DNA of 64,000 nt, from positions 90,262 to 154,261 of IMG/VR virus record IMGVR_UViG_3300046665_000434; one strand, given 5' to 3'. The DNA is from a virus. Shown piece by piece: positions 17,327 through 26,567 of the stretch. A program made the position numbers and the translations under genes. Each line of letters begins with the position of its first letter. Position 1 is the first letter of the stretch. A model generated the notes under the pieces. It worked only from the letters and a program-made list of their open reading frames with translations, made no database searches and had not been told where the DNA came from.

Positions 17327-18121
17327 CTAGACCTTATCGAAGGTGTTGTAGTGGAAATACAAATCCCCCGACATTCCTGAGGACTGGATCGCACTTTGGA
17401 TAACCACCCGATCGAACGCCTGATTGCTATCAGGGATTGCCGAGGTAGCGTTATCGCTGCACGGACCTTTAGTCCATGGTGGAATTTCCAATGCGCCGCA
17501 GGCAGTGGAGAACGCTGCGTAGTCCTTGTACGTCCCGGTTGCGATATCCGGCAGCATCGAATCACGCAGAGAAGTGAAGTCCTTACCCCACGTCAATACA
17601 CGCGCCGATTTCTTGCCGAGCTTCGGATCAGTCGGATGGGTCAGTACCGGCAGATACCGCAGACCAACGATGCTGTCGAGCAGAGTCCTGCCGTACATGA
17701 ACTCAACATCAAACGATCCCAACCAGCCGAGACTTTCAGGTTTTGCTGTCAGAGTCAGTGATGCTGTTTCGTTCAACTGAAGAGTCGGAGGAGTAAAGTC
17801 CTCCAGATCCTCAACCGACAGGAACATCTGAAACGTCGCATTGAGCAACGAGATGATCGATTCCTTGGTGAACGGTTCGGTACTACGCACCTGAGCATCG
17901 GGGGCGATGTCTGCAAGTACGATACGCTTATACAGCACATCGACTTGGTTGATGTACGTACGACCAGGAACCGCCAGCACTGTTACACGGGTGTTGTAAT
18001 CATCCCCAGTTTCAGCCGTCGGTACATCGAACGTCACGTTGAGCGTGTTCAAAGGGCGCAGTGGCGTGTTAGCCAGGTTGATCTCTTTGAGCAGTTCGGT
18101 TTGACTGAGAGTGGTCGCCAT
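17327..18121 (-). CDS. Virion protein, family module + LHYN-type C-domain
   Basis: YNTRVTV..YKRIVL..SLGWLG; ends LYFHYN. Confidence 0.8.
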   Translation of the reverse strand: MATTLSQTELLKEINLANTPLRPLNTLNVTFDVPTAETGDDYNTRVTVLAVPGRTYINQVDVLYKRIVLADIAPDAQVRSTEPFTKESIISLLNATFQMFLSVEDLEDFTPPTLQLNETASLTLTAKPESLGWLGSFDVEFMYGRTLLDSIVGLRYLPVLTHPTDPKLGKKSARVLTWGKDFTSLRDSMLPDIATGTYKDYAAFSTACGALEIPPWTKGPCSDNATSAIPDSNQAFDRVVIQSAIQSSGMSGDLYFHYNTFDKV

Positions 18122-18123
18122 GA

Positions 18124-18957
18124 TCAGTCCTCAACAGGTGCGTTAAAGTGCAGGCACAAGTCCCCGGTGAGTCCCAGAGAGGCAGTGGCAGACAATGTAA
18201 CCACGATACCGAACTGGTAGGCCGGGTTCAGACGAGGGTGACCGGAAGCCGCTCCCACGTAAGCCACGGTAGCCCCGTCCAGAGAATAACGACCGTTACC
18301 CGTCACGATCCACGAATCACCTGTGTTAGCCGCAAGAGCAGCCTGCAACAAAGTGAACCGATCAGCACCGTCTACGGTCACTGCATGCAGACCGGTGTAT
18401 TGGTCAGACATGTCGCGCCAGTAAGAGTAGAACACCGCGAATGGTTTCGTGGTATCCGTCTCTGGGTAGTAAAGGCCTGGAAGATCAGTGTTAGTGATCG
18501 AGGTGGTCAGATCGTAACCGCCCGCAGTGACGGTAAAGGTGACTTGGCCTACCCAACCCAGGCTACCTTCGGCAGCTACGAGGGTGACATCGCCAGCACC
18601 GTTGGTCAGGTTGACTGGAGAGGTGACTACGTCGGATAGCAGAAAGCCAGTACCGTACAACTGGTTCAGACGCTGAGCGAATTTCCAAGTGTCGGTGATA
18701 CCGCTGGCCAGAAGACCGGGTTTGGTCAGAGTCACCAGATCTGCCAGATTGCGACGCTTGTAGCGAATGGTCACAGCGCCATCGTAGGTACTGTTGACGT
18801 CCTTACTGGTGATGGTAAGGCTGGTGTTCGTGCCGGAAGCATCTGGAGTTACAACCGTCGGAGCACTGTACGTGTATTGCTCACGGATCAGTTGTACCAG
18901 ACTGGTGGTATTGATAGAGCCCAGGATGTCCGTGATCGGATCTTTATACAACGACAT
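18124..18957 (-). CDS. Virion protein, family module + LHYN-type C-domain
   Basis: NTSLTIT..YDGAVTIRYKRRNL..SLGWVG; ends LCLHFN. Confidence 0.8.
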   Translation of the reverse strand: MSLYKDPITDILGSINTTSLVQLIREQYTYSAPTVVTPDASGTNTSLTITSKDVNSTYDGAVTIRYKRRNLADLVTLTKPGLLASGITDTWKFAQRLNQLYGTGFLLSDVVTSPVNLTNGAGDVTLVAAEGSLGWVGQVTFTVTAGGYDLTTSITNTDLPGLYYPETDTTKPFAVFYSYWRDMSDQYTGLHAVTVDGADRFTLLQAALAANTGDSWIVTGNGRYSLDGATVAYVGAASGHPRLNPAYQFGIVVTLSATASLGLTGDLCLHFNAPVED

Positions 18958-18967
18958 AGTGACAACC

Positions 18968-19786
18968 TCAAGCCCGGTTATAGTGAATGTAAGCCGTTCC
19001 GTGGTACGTAGCCGATGACACAGCTTTCTGAACGACCACGTTAGTGAAGGCCTGGTTGGCTTCAGGGACGTCCTTGGTCAGGTAGTCGAAGGTCGTGCCA
19101 GGCAACGGTCCCGGATAGTTAGGGAAGCCGTTTTCAGCCATCATGCCTTGGATATATTCCCACTCAACCCAATAACCGTAACGGGTCAGGAAGTGAGCCT
19201 GATAGTCCGAGAAATCAATCCCCCAAGACAAAAGATCGATACATTTCAGAGTCGCATCCGGAGTTTGTGGATGGACCAGCACTGGAAGTTCGGTAGTCGT
19301 CACTGCCGTAGCCAGCATAGGCCGCAGCCGAGTGAAGCGTACTACAAAGCTGCCGGTATAGCCGAGGCTGTTCTGATCGGCTTTGAGTTCGATGTTGAGC
19401 TGCTCATTACCGCCCAGCCAACTGACACTGGTGTTCACCACGTCATTCGTCGTCAGATTGATGCCGACGGCTTTGTTGATGGCGGGCAAGAGACTCCAGA
19501 CATCCAACTGACCGAGCGCTTTGACGACAGGGCGTACACCGCCAAATGCTTTCGTCAAGTCGATCCGTTGGTATTGGAAGTTGGCAGAGCCTTCGTAGTT
19601 CTGGCTATTCCACATGGCCGTAGTTGGAAGGATGATTTTACCGGTATCCCCTGGTCTCATCTTTCCGAAATACAGATCGGATGCCACCAGCGCAGCAGGT
19701 AGTGTATTCTGAAGATTGATGAGCCGTAGGATCTCATCGATCGGTTTCCCATCGAAAAGCTGCATGGTTTTCTCCTGCGGTGACAC
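18968..19786 (-). CDS. Virion protein, family module + LHYN-type C-domain
   Basis: YEGSANFQYQRIDL..SLGYTG; ends AYIHYN; start may be ATG 19765. Confidence 0.8.
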   Translation of the reverse strand: MSPQEKTMQLFDGKPIDEILRLINLQNTLPAALVASDLYFGKMRPGDTGKIILPTTAMWNSQNYEGSANFQYQRIDLTKAFGGVRPVVKALGQLDVWSLLPAINKAVGINLTTNDVVNTSVSWLGGNEQLNIELKADQNSLGYTGSFVVRFTRLRPMLATAVTTTELPVLVHPQTPDATLKCIDLLSWGIDFSDYQAHFLTRYGYWVEWEYIQGMMAENGFPNYPGPLPGTTFDYLTKDVPEANQAFTNVVVQKAVSSATYHGTAYIHYNRA

Positions 19787-19859
19787 GCGTTAACGCAATA
19801 AAGAATGAAGAGACAGGCCGAAACCCGTCTCTTCATCCGTTTGACCAGGATACCGGGTA

Positions 19860-20417
19860 TTACGGAGTAACAGGTTTGGCGCGAGGAACCACGGTCAGAC
19901 CATCCAGAGTTTGGTTGGTGATCACGGTTGCCAGGTCGATATCTTCGGCCTTCAGAATGAACGTCAGGCTGCCGCGATATGCCAGGGAATCAGCATCGGC
20001 CACCAGCTGTACAGCGTGTTCTTCGTTCAACTCACCGGTGAACGTCGGCAGAGGGCCGTCGACGATTTCGGAAGGGTCGATGTTGGTCAACAGCTGGGCG
20101 TTGATTTCCGGCAGCATGTCGGCGATGTTCACCGCGTTACCGACAGTGAAGACCAGTTCCATGTCGGTGCCATCAGCCCACTTGGTGTGCTCGGCCAGAT
20201 TTGGACGGTTGTACTGGACAGTCACCGCGCCAGTGTAGCCAGAACCTTCTTTGGCTGTGAAGGTAATGGTGGTGTTCTTCGGCGGATTAGTGCCGGTGGT
20301 TTCGATAGGTAGACCAATGTCGACCAGACCTTCGGTCAGGACTTTGCCATTGGTGATACCGGACGTGTTGACCAGATCGAGCAACAGCGCCTTCGAGGCT
20401 TTAGTGAAATCACTCAT
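19860..20417 (-). CDS. Virion protein, family module
   Basis: LLDLVN..NTTITFTA..YTGAVTVQYNR..TLDGL. Confidence 0.8.
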   Translation of the reverse strand: MSDFTKASKALLLDLVNTSGITNGKVLTEGLVDIGLPIETTGTNPPKNTTITFTAKEGSGYTGAVTVQYNRPNLAEHTKWADGTDMELVFTVGNAVNIADMLPEINAQLLTNIDPSEIVDGPLPTFTGELNEEHAVQLVADADSLAYRGSLTFILKAEDIDLATVITNQTLDGLTVVPRAKPVTP

Positions 20418-20488
20418 GGTAGATAGACTCGCATGGTTACAGTGAGGTGCCGCCAGAAGTGACGGTGTCTATTAGGTAGGCATAGGAT

Positions 20489-21031
20489 TTACGTCGGAGA
20501 AGGGGCTTCTCGTGGAACGTAAGTCAGGCCGTCCAGATCCAGGTTGGTAATGACAGTGCTCAGTTCGATCAGATCAGGTTTGATCGTCACGGTCAACGAA
20601 CCGATGTAGCACAATGAACCCGGTTTCGCAGTGACGGTCACATCGATCGGGGTATCGACATACGGAGGTACGTCACCGTCGGTGTAATCGTCGGAAGTCA
20701 GATTGACGCCGAGACGCTCGTTCAGAGTGACGACCACGTCGGCAATCTTCTTGTAGCTGTTCGGGTTGAGGCTGAGGGTGTTATCCGGAATCGCCAGATA
20801 CACATCGGCAATATCAGTAGTCAGGTCGAGTCGGTCGTAATTGACGTCGACAGTACCCTTGTACTTGGTCGAATCAGGCTTTGCAGTGACGGTCACCTTG
20901 GAGTTCTTGGCTCCGGTAGTTGTCGCCACGTTACTGTAGACCAACTCGGTGTCTTCGATAGTTTTACCGTTGACGCGGTTGATCATGTCAGTAATGACGA
21001 CGTGGGGGACCTTCGTTAGATCATCAGCCAT
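20489..21031 (-). CDS. Virion protein, family module
   Basis: NSKVTVTA..YKGTVDVNYDRLDL..DLDGL. Confidence 0.8.
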   Translation of the reverse strand: MADDLTKVPHVVITDMINRVNGKTIEDTELVYSNVATTTGAKNSKVTVTAKPDSTKYKGTVDVNYDRLDLTTDIADVYLAIPDNTLSLNPNSYKKIADVVVTLNERLGVNLTSDDYTDGDVPPYVDTPIDVTVTAKPGSLCYIGSLTVTIKPDLIELSTVITNLDLDGLTYVPREAPSPT

Positions 21032-21092
21032 GATGCAGCTCTCGTGTGGGTTTTAGTTAGGGGCGGTTATATCATCGTGAAGCGCATAGAGC

Positions 21093-21120
21093 CGTATGGA
21101 GAGGTACTCCTCTCCATACG
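21093..21120 (-). terminator. Hairpin terminator
   Basis: CGTATGGAGAGG-TACT-CCTCTCCATACG, 12-bp stem just after the stop at 21128. Confidence 0.65.
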
Positions 21121-21127
21121 TTAGGGC

Positions 21128-21664
21128 TTATGCTGGCGGGGAGTACGTCAGGCCAGACAGATTCGGAATAGTGATCAGTGTTGCCAGATCCACCAGACTC
21201 CTGGTAACCTTGAGTGTCAGCTGACCCAAGTACACTACCGAGTTCGGCCGCATCACCAAATCAACGCTTACGAAGTCTTCATCATCGCCACTCAATGCAG
21301 GCAATGTTTGTTCGATGATCTTGTCAGCGGTGATGTTGGTGTTCAGACGTTCATTCAACTCAGGCAACAGATCAGACAGGACCGTGTACTCGCCTTTATC
21401 GAACGTCAGGATAGACGGCGCATTAGGCGGTATGAAGTCTATCAACCGTACGCGGTTATAATAGAACGAGGTGCTGTCCCGAAAGCCTAAGCCTGGGATA
21501 GCAGTCGCCATGATCACCGTGTTGCGATTCACAGTCGGAAGCGGATTGAACGTGGTCGGCGTACCGAAGGTTACCTGCGCAGAACTTAGGGGTTTGTTGC
21601 CATTGTCGTTACGGATGAGGTCGATGAGAACATCCACCTCACTTCGTGTGTAATCGATATCCAT
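21128..21664 (-). CDS. Virion protein, family module
   Basis: Start reassigned to MDIDYTRS (21664); LIDLIRNDN..VTFGTP..YYNRVRL..NLSGL. Confidence 0.8.
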   Translation of the reverse strand: MDIDYTRSEVDVLIDLIRNDNGNKPLSSAQVTFGTPTTFNPLPTVNRNTVIMATAIPGLGFRDSTSFYYNRVRLIDFIPPNAPSILTFDKGEYTVLSDLLPELNERLNTNITADKIIEQTLPALSGDDEDFVSVDLVMRPNSVVYLGQLTLKVTRSLVDLATLITIPNLSGLTYSPPA

Positions 21665-21701
21665 ACACGCATACTCAGCTGAAGGGCATATAGGAAGAGG
21701 T

Positions 21702-22298
21702 CTACGCCGGGTCGAATGCGGAGAGGTTGGTGACAGGCGCGAGGTTCGCAAAATCTCTGGCTACCAACTCATCATAATTGCCGCCATCAGTCGGCTCGGT
21801 CGCCCCAGGCGCTGTAAGGCCATTCAGGACGTTGTTAGGGAATTGGGCTGCCAACGATAGCGAACCTTCCACAACGTTGATCTGAAGCGTCCCTATCCAG
21901 ACGTAGGACTGATCGATAGGTGTGATCGTTGCAACACTTCCATCGAAGGTATAAGTCTTGACCTCTTCATAACCCAAGGGTAGGTTGTACTTAGTGCGCA
22001 GAGCGTACATGATGGAGGCGTAAGTAGGCTCGCCGTCGAGTTCGACAGTTACGTCATCGACACCGATTTCATGAAACGCTTCAGTGAGGTCATGGCGTTT
22101 GTAATAGTAGACTTGGGAGCCTTCTATCTGTGTGCCAAACGCGGTGCCCATCACGGCGGTGTTCATGCCATCATCAAACACTCCAGGATATAACTCCGTA
22201 AACCTGAGGTTGGAAGCATCTAGAAAGACGCCGTATTCCTCAAGTATTGCGCTATTCGTTGTACGAATCATGTCGTACAGTAGTTCAACACCTGCCAT
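21702..22298 (-). CDS. Virion protein, family module
   Basis: NTAVMGTA..EGSQVYYYKRHDL..SYVWIG..VLNGL. Confidence 0.8.
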   Translation of the reverse strand: MAGVELLYDMIRTTNSAILEEYGVFLDASNLRFTELYPGVFDDGMNTAVMGTAFGTQIEGSQVYYYKRHDLTEAFHEIGVDDVTVELDGEPTYASIMYALRTKYNLPLGYEEVKTYTFDGSVATITPIDQSYVWIGTLQINVVEGSLSLAAQFPNNVLNGLTAPGATEPTDGGNYDELVARDFANLAPVTNLSAFDPA

Positions 22299-22340
22299 AT
22301 CGACACCTGTTCTGTGGGCTGATCCCTACATTATTCGTTA

Positions 22341-22380
22341 TTCATTGAAAACATTTACAGTCATACATAGTGAAGGTGAA
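22341..22380 (+). promoter_or_regulatory. Putative phage (early) promoter, copy 2
   Basis: 32/40 identical to 5750-5789; sits in a divergent intergenic gap. Confidence 0.65.
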
Positions 22381-22392
22381 TCCACAACCAGC

Positions 22393-22406
22393 GACCGTAG
22401 GAGGTC
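22393..22406 (+). promoter_or_regulatory. SD-containing hairpin GACC-GTAGGA-GGTC
   Basis: Repeat motif, 3 nt before ATG. Confidence 0.7.
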
Positions 22407-22409
22407 ATC

Positions 22410-23006
22410 ATGGATTATTCAGCAATCAACCACGTCATCTATCGGATCAAATTGCCGAAAGAGATGTTCGTTATCGGTGGCACATTCGCTGCCGGTCTGA
22501 CGGAACCTAGCCTGGCAAAGGCGATGGGTGGTGGTGGCGAGCAGATTAAACTGTTCGTCTCGTCGAGCAACTTCGAAGTGTTGAAAAACTACACTCCGGA
22601 TGTTCCTCGAGCTGTTCTGACCGTGGAGGACGATCAGATCAGTTTGCGCGATGGACACATGCACATTGTGTTCCATCGGGGACTTCCTCAATCCTGGGTT
22701 AACGAGAGTGGTTACCAGGTCCAACATCCAGTGCCTCTCAAGCACTGGCTCGACACCAACGGCTATGAAAGCTGGGCGGTGTTGATGCAAGACACTCCAT
22801 TCGAAAAACGGATGGAGGGTTGGGTGTTGACGGAGGAGGAGGCTGTATTCAAGGAAGAATGCTCCCGCCATGACTGGTATTCCGATTACTCCGACGACTT
22901 CAGTGTCGTCAAGAACGGAAAGGTAGGACTTAATGTTCTACTGGCCCGTCGGGATGTAATCGGCGGTAAGGCGCGCGAGATCTTCGCGCACTACTCCAAC
23001 CGGTAA
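22410..23006 (+). CDS. Hypothetical protein with C-terminal HDWYxxYSDD phage motif
   Basis: HDWYSDYSDDFSV motif recurs in small phage proteins; N-terminus FVIGG weakly resembles a nucleotidyltransferase. Confidence 0.75.
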   Translation: MDYSAINHVIYRIKLPKEMFVIGGTFAAGLTEPSLAKAMGGGGEQIKLFVSSSNFEVLKNYTPDVPRAVLTVEDDQISLRDGHMHIVFHRGLPQSWVNESGYQVQHPVPLKHWLDTNGYESWAVLMQDTPFEKRMEGWVLTEEEAVFKEECSRHDWYSDYSDDFSVVKNGKVGLNVLLARRDVIGGKAREIFAHYSNR

Positions 23007-23070
23007 GGTGGGGAAGGAGGGAGTGAAAGCTCCCTCTTATTTTCTAACAGAATCCGAGGACGATAGATCA

Positions 23071-23565
23071 ATGAATATTGATAGTAAATCAAATATTAAG
23101 TTCAGCCGTAATTTACAATTTGTAGGCATCGATCATCCGTGCGTCTACTCTCGACTCCATACTCCGCCGGCGAACAACATTCCGGTGACTCTGGAAATTA
23201 CCGACGACAGGGATGATCAGATATCTGTGAAGGGTGAACTCTGGGTTTCTTTGGATTTCATCGGGGACGATGTGTTAGATTCGGTTGCAGTTAGGCAACG
23301 TATCTACATGTCAGTGCAAAATTTCTTCGGCGCGAGTAAATTTCTCGGCCGGGTAAAAATACGGTACGCTGATCAGCATCAATCTTCCAGTCAGCCTGAC
23401 GACGCAGATGATGAGTTCTGGGACCACCGCAGCACCTACGAGTCCATCGCTCTACTGGCGGCGCAGCTGGCTAAGGTCGATCCTAAAGACTTCCTTAAAA
23501 CGGAAGACTCGAAGATCTTAAATAAAGCGCTCGGCGAACTCTGTTTCCACGCCGCGTTGTCTTAA
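23071..23565 (+). CDS. Hypothetical protein
   Basis: ATG 23071 after a degenerate motif ATCCGAGGACGAT. Confidence 0.65.
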   Translation: MNIDSKSNIKFSRNLQFVGIDHPCVYSRLHTPPANNIPVTLEITDDRDDQISVKGELWVSLDFIGDDVLDSVAVRQRIYMSVQNFFGASKFLGRVKIRYADQHQSSSQPDDADDEFWDHRSTYESIALLAAQLAKVDPKDFLKTEDSKILNKALGELCFHAALS

Positions 23566-23575
23566 CTCAATAAAC

Positions 23576-23588
23576 GACCGAGGAGGTC
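23576..23588 (+). promoter_or_regulatory. SD-containing hairpin GACC-GAGGA-GGTC
   Basis: Repeat motif. Confidence 0.7.
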
Positions 23589-23591
23589 ACC

Positions 23592-23966
23592 ATGCAACTC
23601 AATAATGACAGCGTCATTCAAATCGCTGATAAGCTTTGGTTCGTTATGGGACCAGACGATAAATGTCGAGAATTCACCAAATCGCTTAGCGGCGCTGAGT
23701 CGATCTACTGCGTGTCCGGTTACTTCGGCGGTTTGTCGTTAGATGTACCGCTTGGCCTGTATCGAGCTATTGGTAATTTCGTGATCGCGGATGTTGTCGA
23801 CGAAGTTGACGCATCGATCCACTTCGCCAACCTCAAGCTGATCAAAAGCATGTTGGGAAATAAGTTGATTGAAAATACAACTACCCGAATGACCGTTGAT
23901 TATCTTTTCGTCAGTCGTGACTGTCCTGTTTTAGAGCGGGGCGAGCCTGGTTTCTATTGTTCTTAA
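23592..23966 (+). CDS. Hypothetical protein
   Basis: ORF preceded by the SD hairpin. Confidence 0.75.
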   Translation: MQLNNDSVIQIADKLWFVMGPDDKCREFTKSLSGAESIYCVSGYFGGLSLDVPLGLYRAIGNFVIADVVDEVDASIHFANLKLIKSMLGNKLIENTTTRMTVDYLFVSRDCPVLERGEPGFYCS

Positions 23967-23967
23967 C

Positions 23968-23980
23968 GTCCGAGGAGGAC
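23968..23980 (+). promoter_or_regulatory. SD-containing hairpin (GTCC-GAGGA-GGAC variant)
   Basis: Compensatory stem variant. Confidence 0.7.
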
Positions 23981-24811
23981 ATGATGAAAAAGTCACAACG
24001 CAACAAACCCAATGCTTCTCAAGGTACACCATGTCTCGTCATCTTTGACGAGTTTGCTAAACTACAGGCGAAGATTGCTGCCTTCCAACCGAAATACATT
24101 GTGGCGTATGAACTGCTGAGCTTCTTGCCGCACAGCTTGATCGAGCGTATCCACAACGAATGTAAGGGAAATGATCTCGCTCACCAGCCTGATCATGTCT
24201 TCGGTGTTGTCCGTCAGGTGGATCGGATTCTCACTACCTTTCCACAATACGAGCATTATCGCAAGGTGTTGCTCGGCGCGGCGCTGCTCCACGATGTCAA
24301 GTGTCACGTCAACCGTGATATCCATCACGTCCTGGCTGCGCAGTCTGTCGATGCGTACTACGGCAACATCGGCGTCTACGATATCCATGAGCTGGAGTTG
24401 ATCAAACTCTGCATCCTGGAACATCGTGCGTCGTTTAAAGGCGTACGTACTGGCCCGATTACTGAGATCATGGCTGCTGCTGATCGAGGTATTCCTGACG
24501 TGATGCGCTTCTTGCAGCGCGCTGTGTTGTTTCGCATCAGTAACGAGGGGATCACTCCCGATAACGTTACCGATGTAATCATTGAGCGACAGGTCAATAG
24601 TGCTGTCGAGCACTTGATCGATAAGTACGGTTCAAACGGGTACGCTTGGAAAAATGAATCCAAGTTCACGACCTGGGTAATGCGTGATCACATCGCCTCG
24701 TTTATCGAGACGCTTACGGACTTTACGCCTGAGGTTATCGCTAGCGGTATTCAGCGGTATCCCGGTTGGCTTAAAGAAGCCTATAAACCCACACACGAGA
24801 CTCCATCATGA
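23981..24811 (+). CDS. HD-domain metal-dependent phosphohydrolase
   Basis: HQPDHV, ALLHDV, HH, EH, AAADR; start 23981 or 23984. Confidence 0.8.
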   Translation: MMKKSQRNKPNASQGTPCLVIFDEFAKLQAKIAAFQPKYIVAYELLSFLPHSLIERIHNECKGNDLAHQPDHVFGVVRQVDRILTTFPQYEHYRKVLLGAALLHDVKCHVNRDIHHVLAAQSVDAYYGNIGVYDIHELELIKLCILEHRASFKGVRTGPITEIMAAADRGIPDVMRFLQRAVLFRISNEGITPDNVTDVIIERQVNSAVEHLIDKYGSNGYAWKNESKFTTWVMRDHIASFIETLTDFTPEVIASGIQRYPGWLKEAYKPTHETPS

Positions 24812-25161
24812 GTAGCGTCAAAATTGTAGTAATGGGTAATCCACTTATCCTGACTCTATCTACCGTGACTCCTGTTGGCCAGCACCGGATTGGTTCGGTG
24901 CGGGTGGAGTTTGATCATGGCGAACCAATCCATGTCCGTGTCTACGGACATGTGCGTATCTTTGAGAACGCCAAACTCCGTGCTCGCTTTGAGACGGACC
25001 TGCGCAAGTACTGCGAGAACCCGGCAGTGCTCGAACAGATCATCCCGTACAACGGTAGCCTCGCAAAGGCTCGTCGATTCAATCCATCCAAAACCCAAGT
25101 AAATGAACGTGACTGGTATAAAGGCACAAAGAAGGGCCTCGCAGCCGTCATCGTTAGCTGA
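24808..25161 (+). CDS. Hypothetical protein
   Basis: ATGA overlap with the HD gene. Confidence 0.65.
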   Translation: MSSVKIVVMGNPLILTLSTVTPVGQHRIGSVRVEFDHGEPIHVRVYGHVRIFENAKLRARFETDLRKYCENPAVLEQIIPYNGSLAKARRFNPSKTQVNERDWYKGTKKGLAAVIVS

Positions 25162-25176
25162 GCATAACACCCGAAA

Positions 25177-25189
25177 GACCGAGGAGGTC
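25177..25189 (+). promoter_or_regulatory. SD-containing hairpin GACC-GAGGA-GGTC
   Basis: Repeat motif. Confidence 0.7.
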
Positions 25190-25192
25190 ACT

Positions 25193-25651
25193 GTGTCGTA
25201 TCGAATCTCTCCAGCAACAGCAGAACTTTTGCTTTCAATTAGTCAGAAAGGTATTCGTCTGACTAACAGCGCTGACATTCAGTTAGCTGGGAACGCAGAG
25301 GTGATCCTTAAATCAGGTAAAGAGTTTATCGTCGGTGTCGATAGCGGCACTCTTTACCTGATCGATATTGTTGACGATCAGCCGTTCTTCATCTCTGACG
25401 CGACTCACTGGGGTGAATTGCAGGGCGTCTGGTCGCATTACTTTAATTTAGTCGCTATGACTAATTCGTCCGATCCGTTAGGACCTATCTGGTTCGAGTA
25501 CGATGATCCTGAGATCTGCCGATTTGACGGACTATCTCACGCCGAAGCCATACGTCAAGATCAATTGGTGATGTCGGCACACAAACAAATCGAACCGCTG
25601 CCTAAACAGGTTCACCGTCAAGCTGACAAACTGTCTATCCAGCATCACTAA
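25193..25651 (+). CDS. Hypothetical protein
   Basis: In-frame GTG at 25193 right after the SD hairpin. Confidence 0.7.
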   Translation: MSYRISPATAELLLSISQKGIRLTNSADIQLAGNAEVILKSGKEFIVGVDSGTLYLIDIVDDQPFFISDATHWGELQGVWSHYFNLVAMTNSSDPLGPIWFEYDDPEICRFDGLSHAEAIRQDQLVMSAHKQIEPLPKQVHRQADKLSIQHH

Positions 25652-25667
25652 TCGGTATACCCACATC

Positions 25668-25680
25668 GACCGAGGAGGTC
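25668..25680 (+). promoter_or_regulatory. SD-containing hairpin GACC-GAGGA-GGTC
   Basis: Repeat motif. Confidence 0.7.
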
Positions 25681-25682
25681 AC

Positions 25683-26186
25683 ATGAACATCATCAAACTC
25701 AATGCCCGTCGTGTAGTAGTCAGCGAAGCTGGCGTCACCAAAGTGATCAACCTGCCGTGTGGCGTCAGCTATTCCGAAGATCACCAGCGCTTTTACGCCT
25801 GGGTAATCGATCCTCAAACTGACAGCTGGAAGGGCAAGAGCTGGGGTGCCAAGAAGCATGGTGCTATCGAAGCCTTTGAGAACGCCGTAGAGGCTCGTGA
25901 AGAGTCGTTGTCGTATCTCTTGACCCGTCGTCTGCTTCCGCGCATTCGTCGTCCCTACGAGATCCGTGAGATCAGCGGGCTGTTTTACGTCAGAGATCCG
26001 TTGGCGAAGAAGTATCGGATGTTCTCAACGCTTGCACAAGCTGCGAAGTTCAACATCGATATCACTAAAGAGTGGATCGGTGAATACACGTTTGACAAGT
26101 TGACCATGATTCAGATCGAACGTAGCGGCTATGGCGTAAAAGCCGTCCTCGCTAAATACGACCATCGGCATGAGACTCGTCACTGA
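25683..26186 (+). CDS. Putative AP2-like DNA-binding protein
   Basis: GVSY....RFYAW.......KSWGAKKHG...AFENAVEARE matches the AP2 domain pattern. Confidence 0.6.
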   Translation: MNIIKLNARRVVVSEAGVTKVINLPCGVSYSEDHQRFYAWVIDPQTDSWKGKSWGAKKHGAIEAFENAVEAREESLSYLLTRRLLPRIRRPYEIREISGLFYVRDPLAKKYRMFSTLAQAAKFNIDITKEWIGEYTFDKLTMIQIERSGYGVKAVLAKYDHRHETRH

Positions 26187-26383
26187 TGACTCACTTCAGC
26201 ACGAACCAAGGTAATCACGGCTCAGCTGATGCACATCGTGAGCTCGACAATATCCAAGACCGTAAACGGAGAGAGCGCTTTGAACAGAAAGCAGTCATCG
26301 TCCTCAGTGTTGTCATCGGTGTCTTCAGTCTCCTCGGAGCTGTTCTCATCATCCAAGGCCTTCCTATCCTCTTCGAGGGGTAG
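26186..26383 (+). CDS. Small membrane protein
   Basis: TGATG overlap; C-terminal hydrophobic helix. Confidence 0.6.
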   Translation: MTHFSTNQGNHGSADAHRELDNIQDRKRRERFEQKAVIVLSVVIGVFSLLGAVLIIQGLPILFEG

Positions 26384-26393
26384 ACGTCGGGAG

Positions 26394-26567
26394 GTGTTAC
26401 CCATCCTGGCTTTGGCTGCGGTGTTTGTGGTAGCGTTGGACTTCTGTCTGATGCGAGACATCTCTGCGGCTAATACGCCTCCCTGCTTCGATTACAAGGG
26501 CCAAGCTGAAGCAGGGGTGATTGTAAACACCGAGGCTCTTCGAAACGTAGACCTGTGCGGGAAATGA
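26394..26567 (+). CDS. Possible small membrane or secreted protein
   Basis: In-frame GTG then hydrophobic LPILALAAVFVVAL; start uncertain. Confidence 0.35.
   Translation: MLPILALAAVFVVALDFCLMRDISAANTPPCFDYKGQAEAGVIVNTEALRNVDLCGK

Noticed and set aside
19299-19320. TCACTGCCGTA, resembling a type I-F CRISPR repeat (possible RNA anti-CRISPR)
   Set aside because: Only ~11 nt match, inside a coding gene, and the repeat hairpin is incomplete; no CRISPR array was seen in the window
10942-19786. Diversity-generating retroelement acting on the fibre paralogs
   Set aside because: No reverse transcriptase in the window, and I saw no near-identical TR/VR pair differing only at adenines
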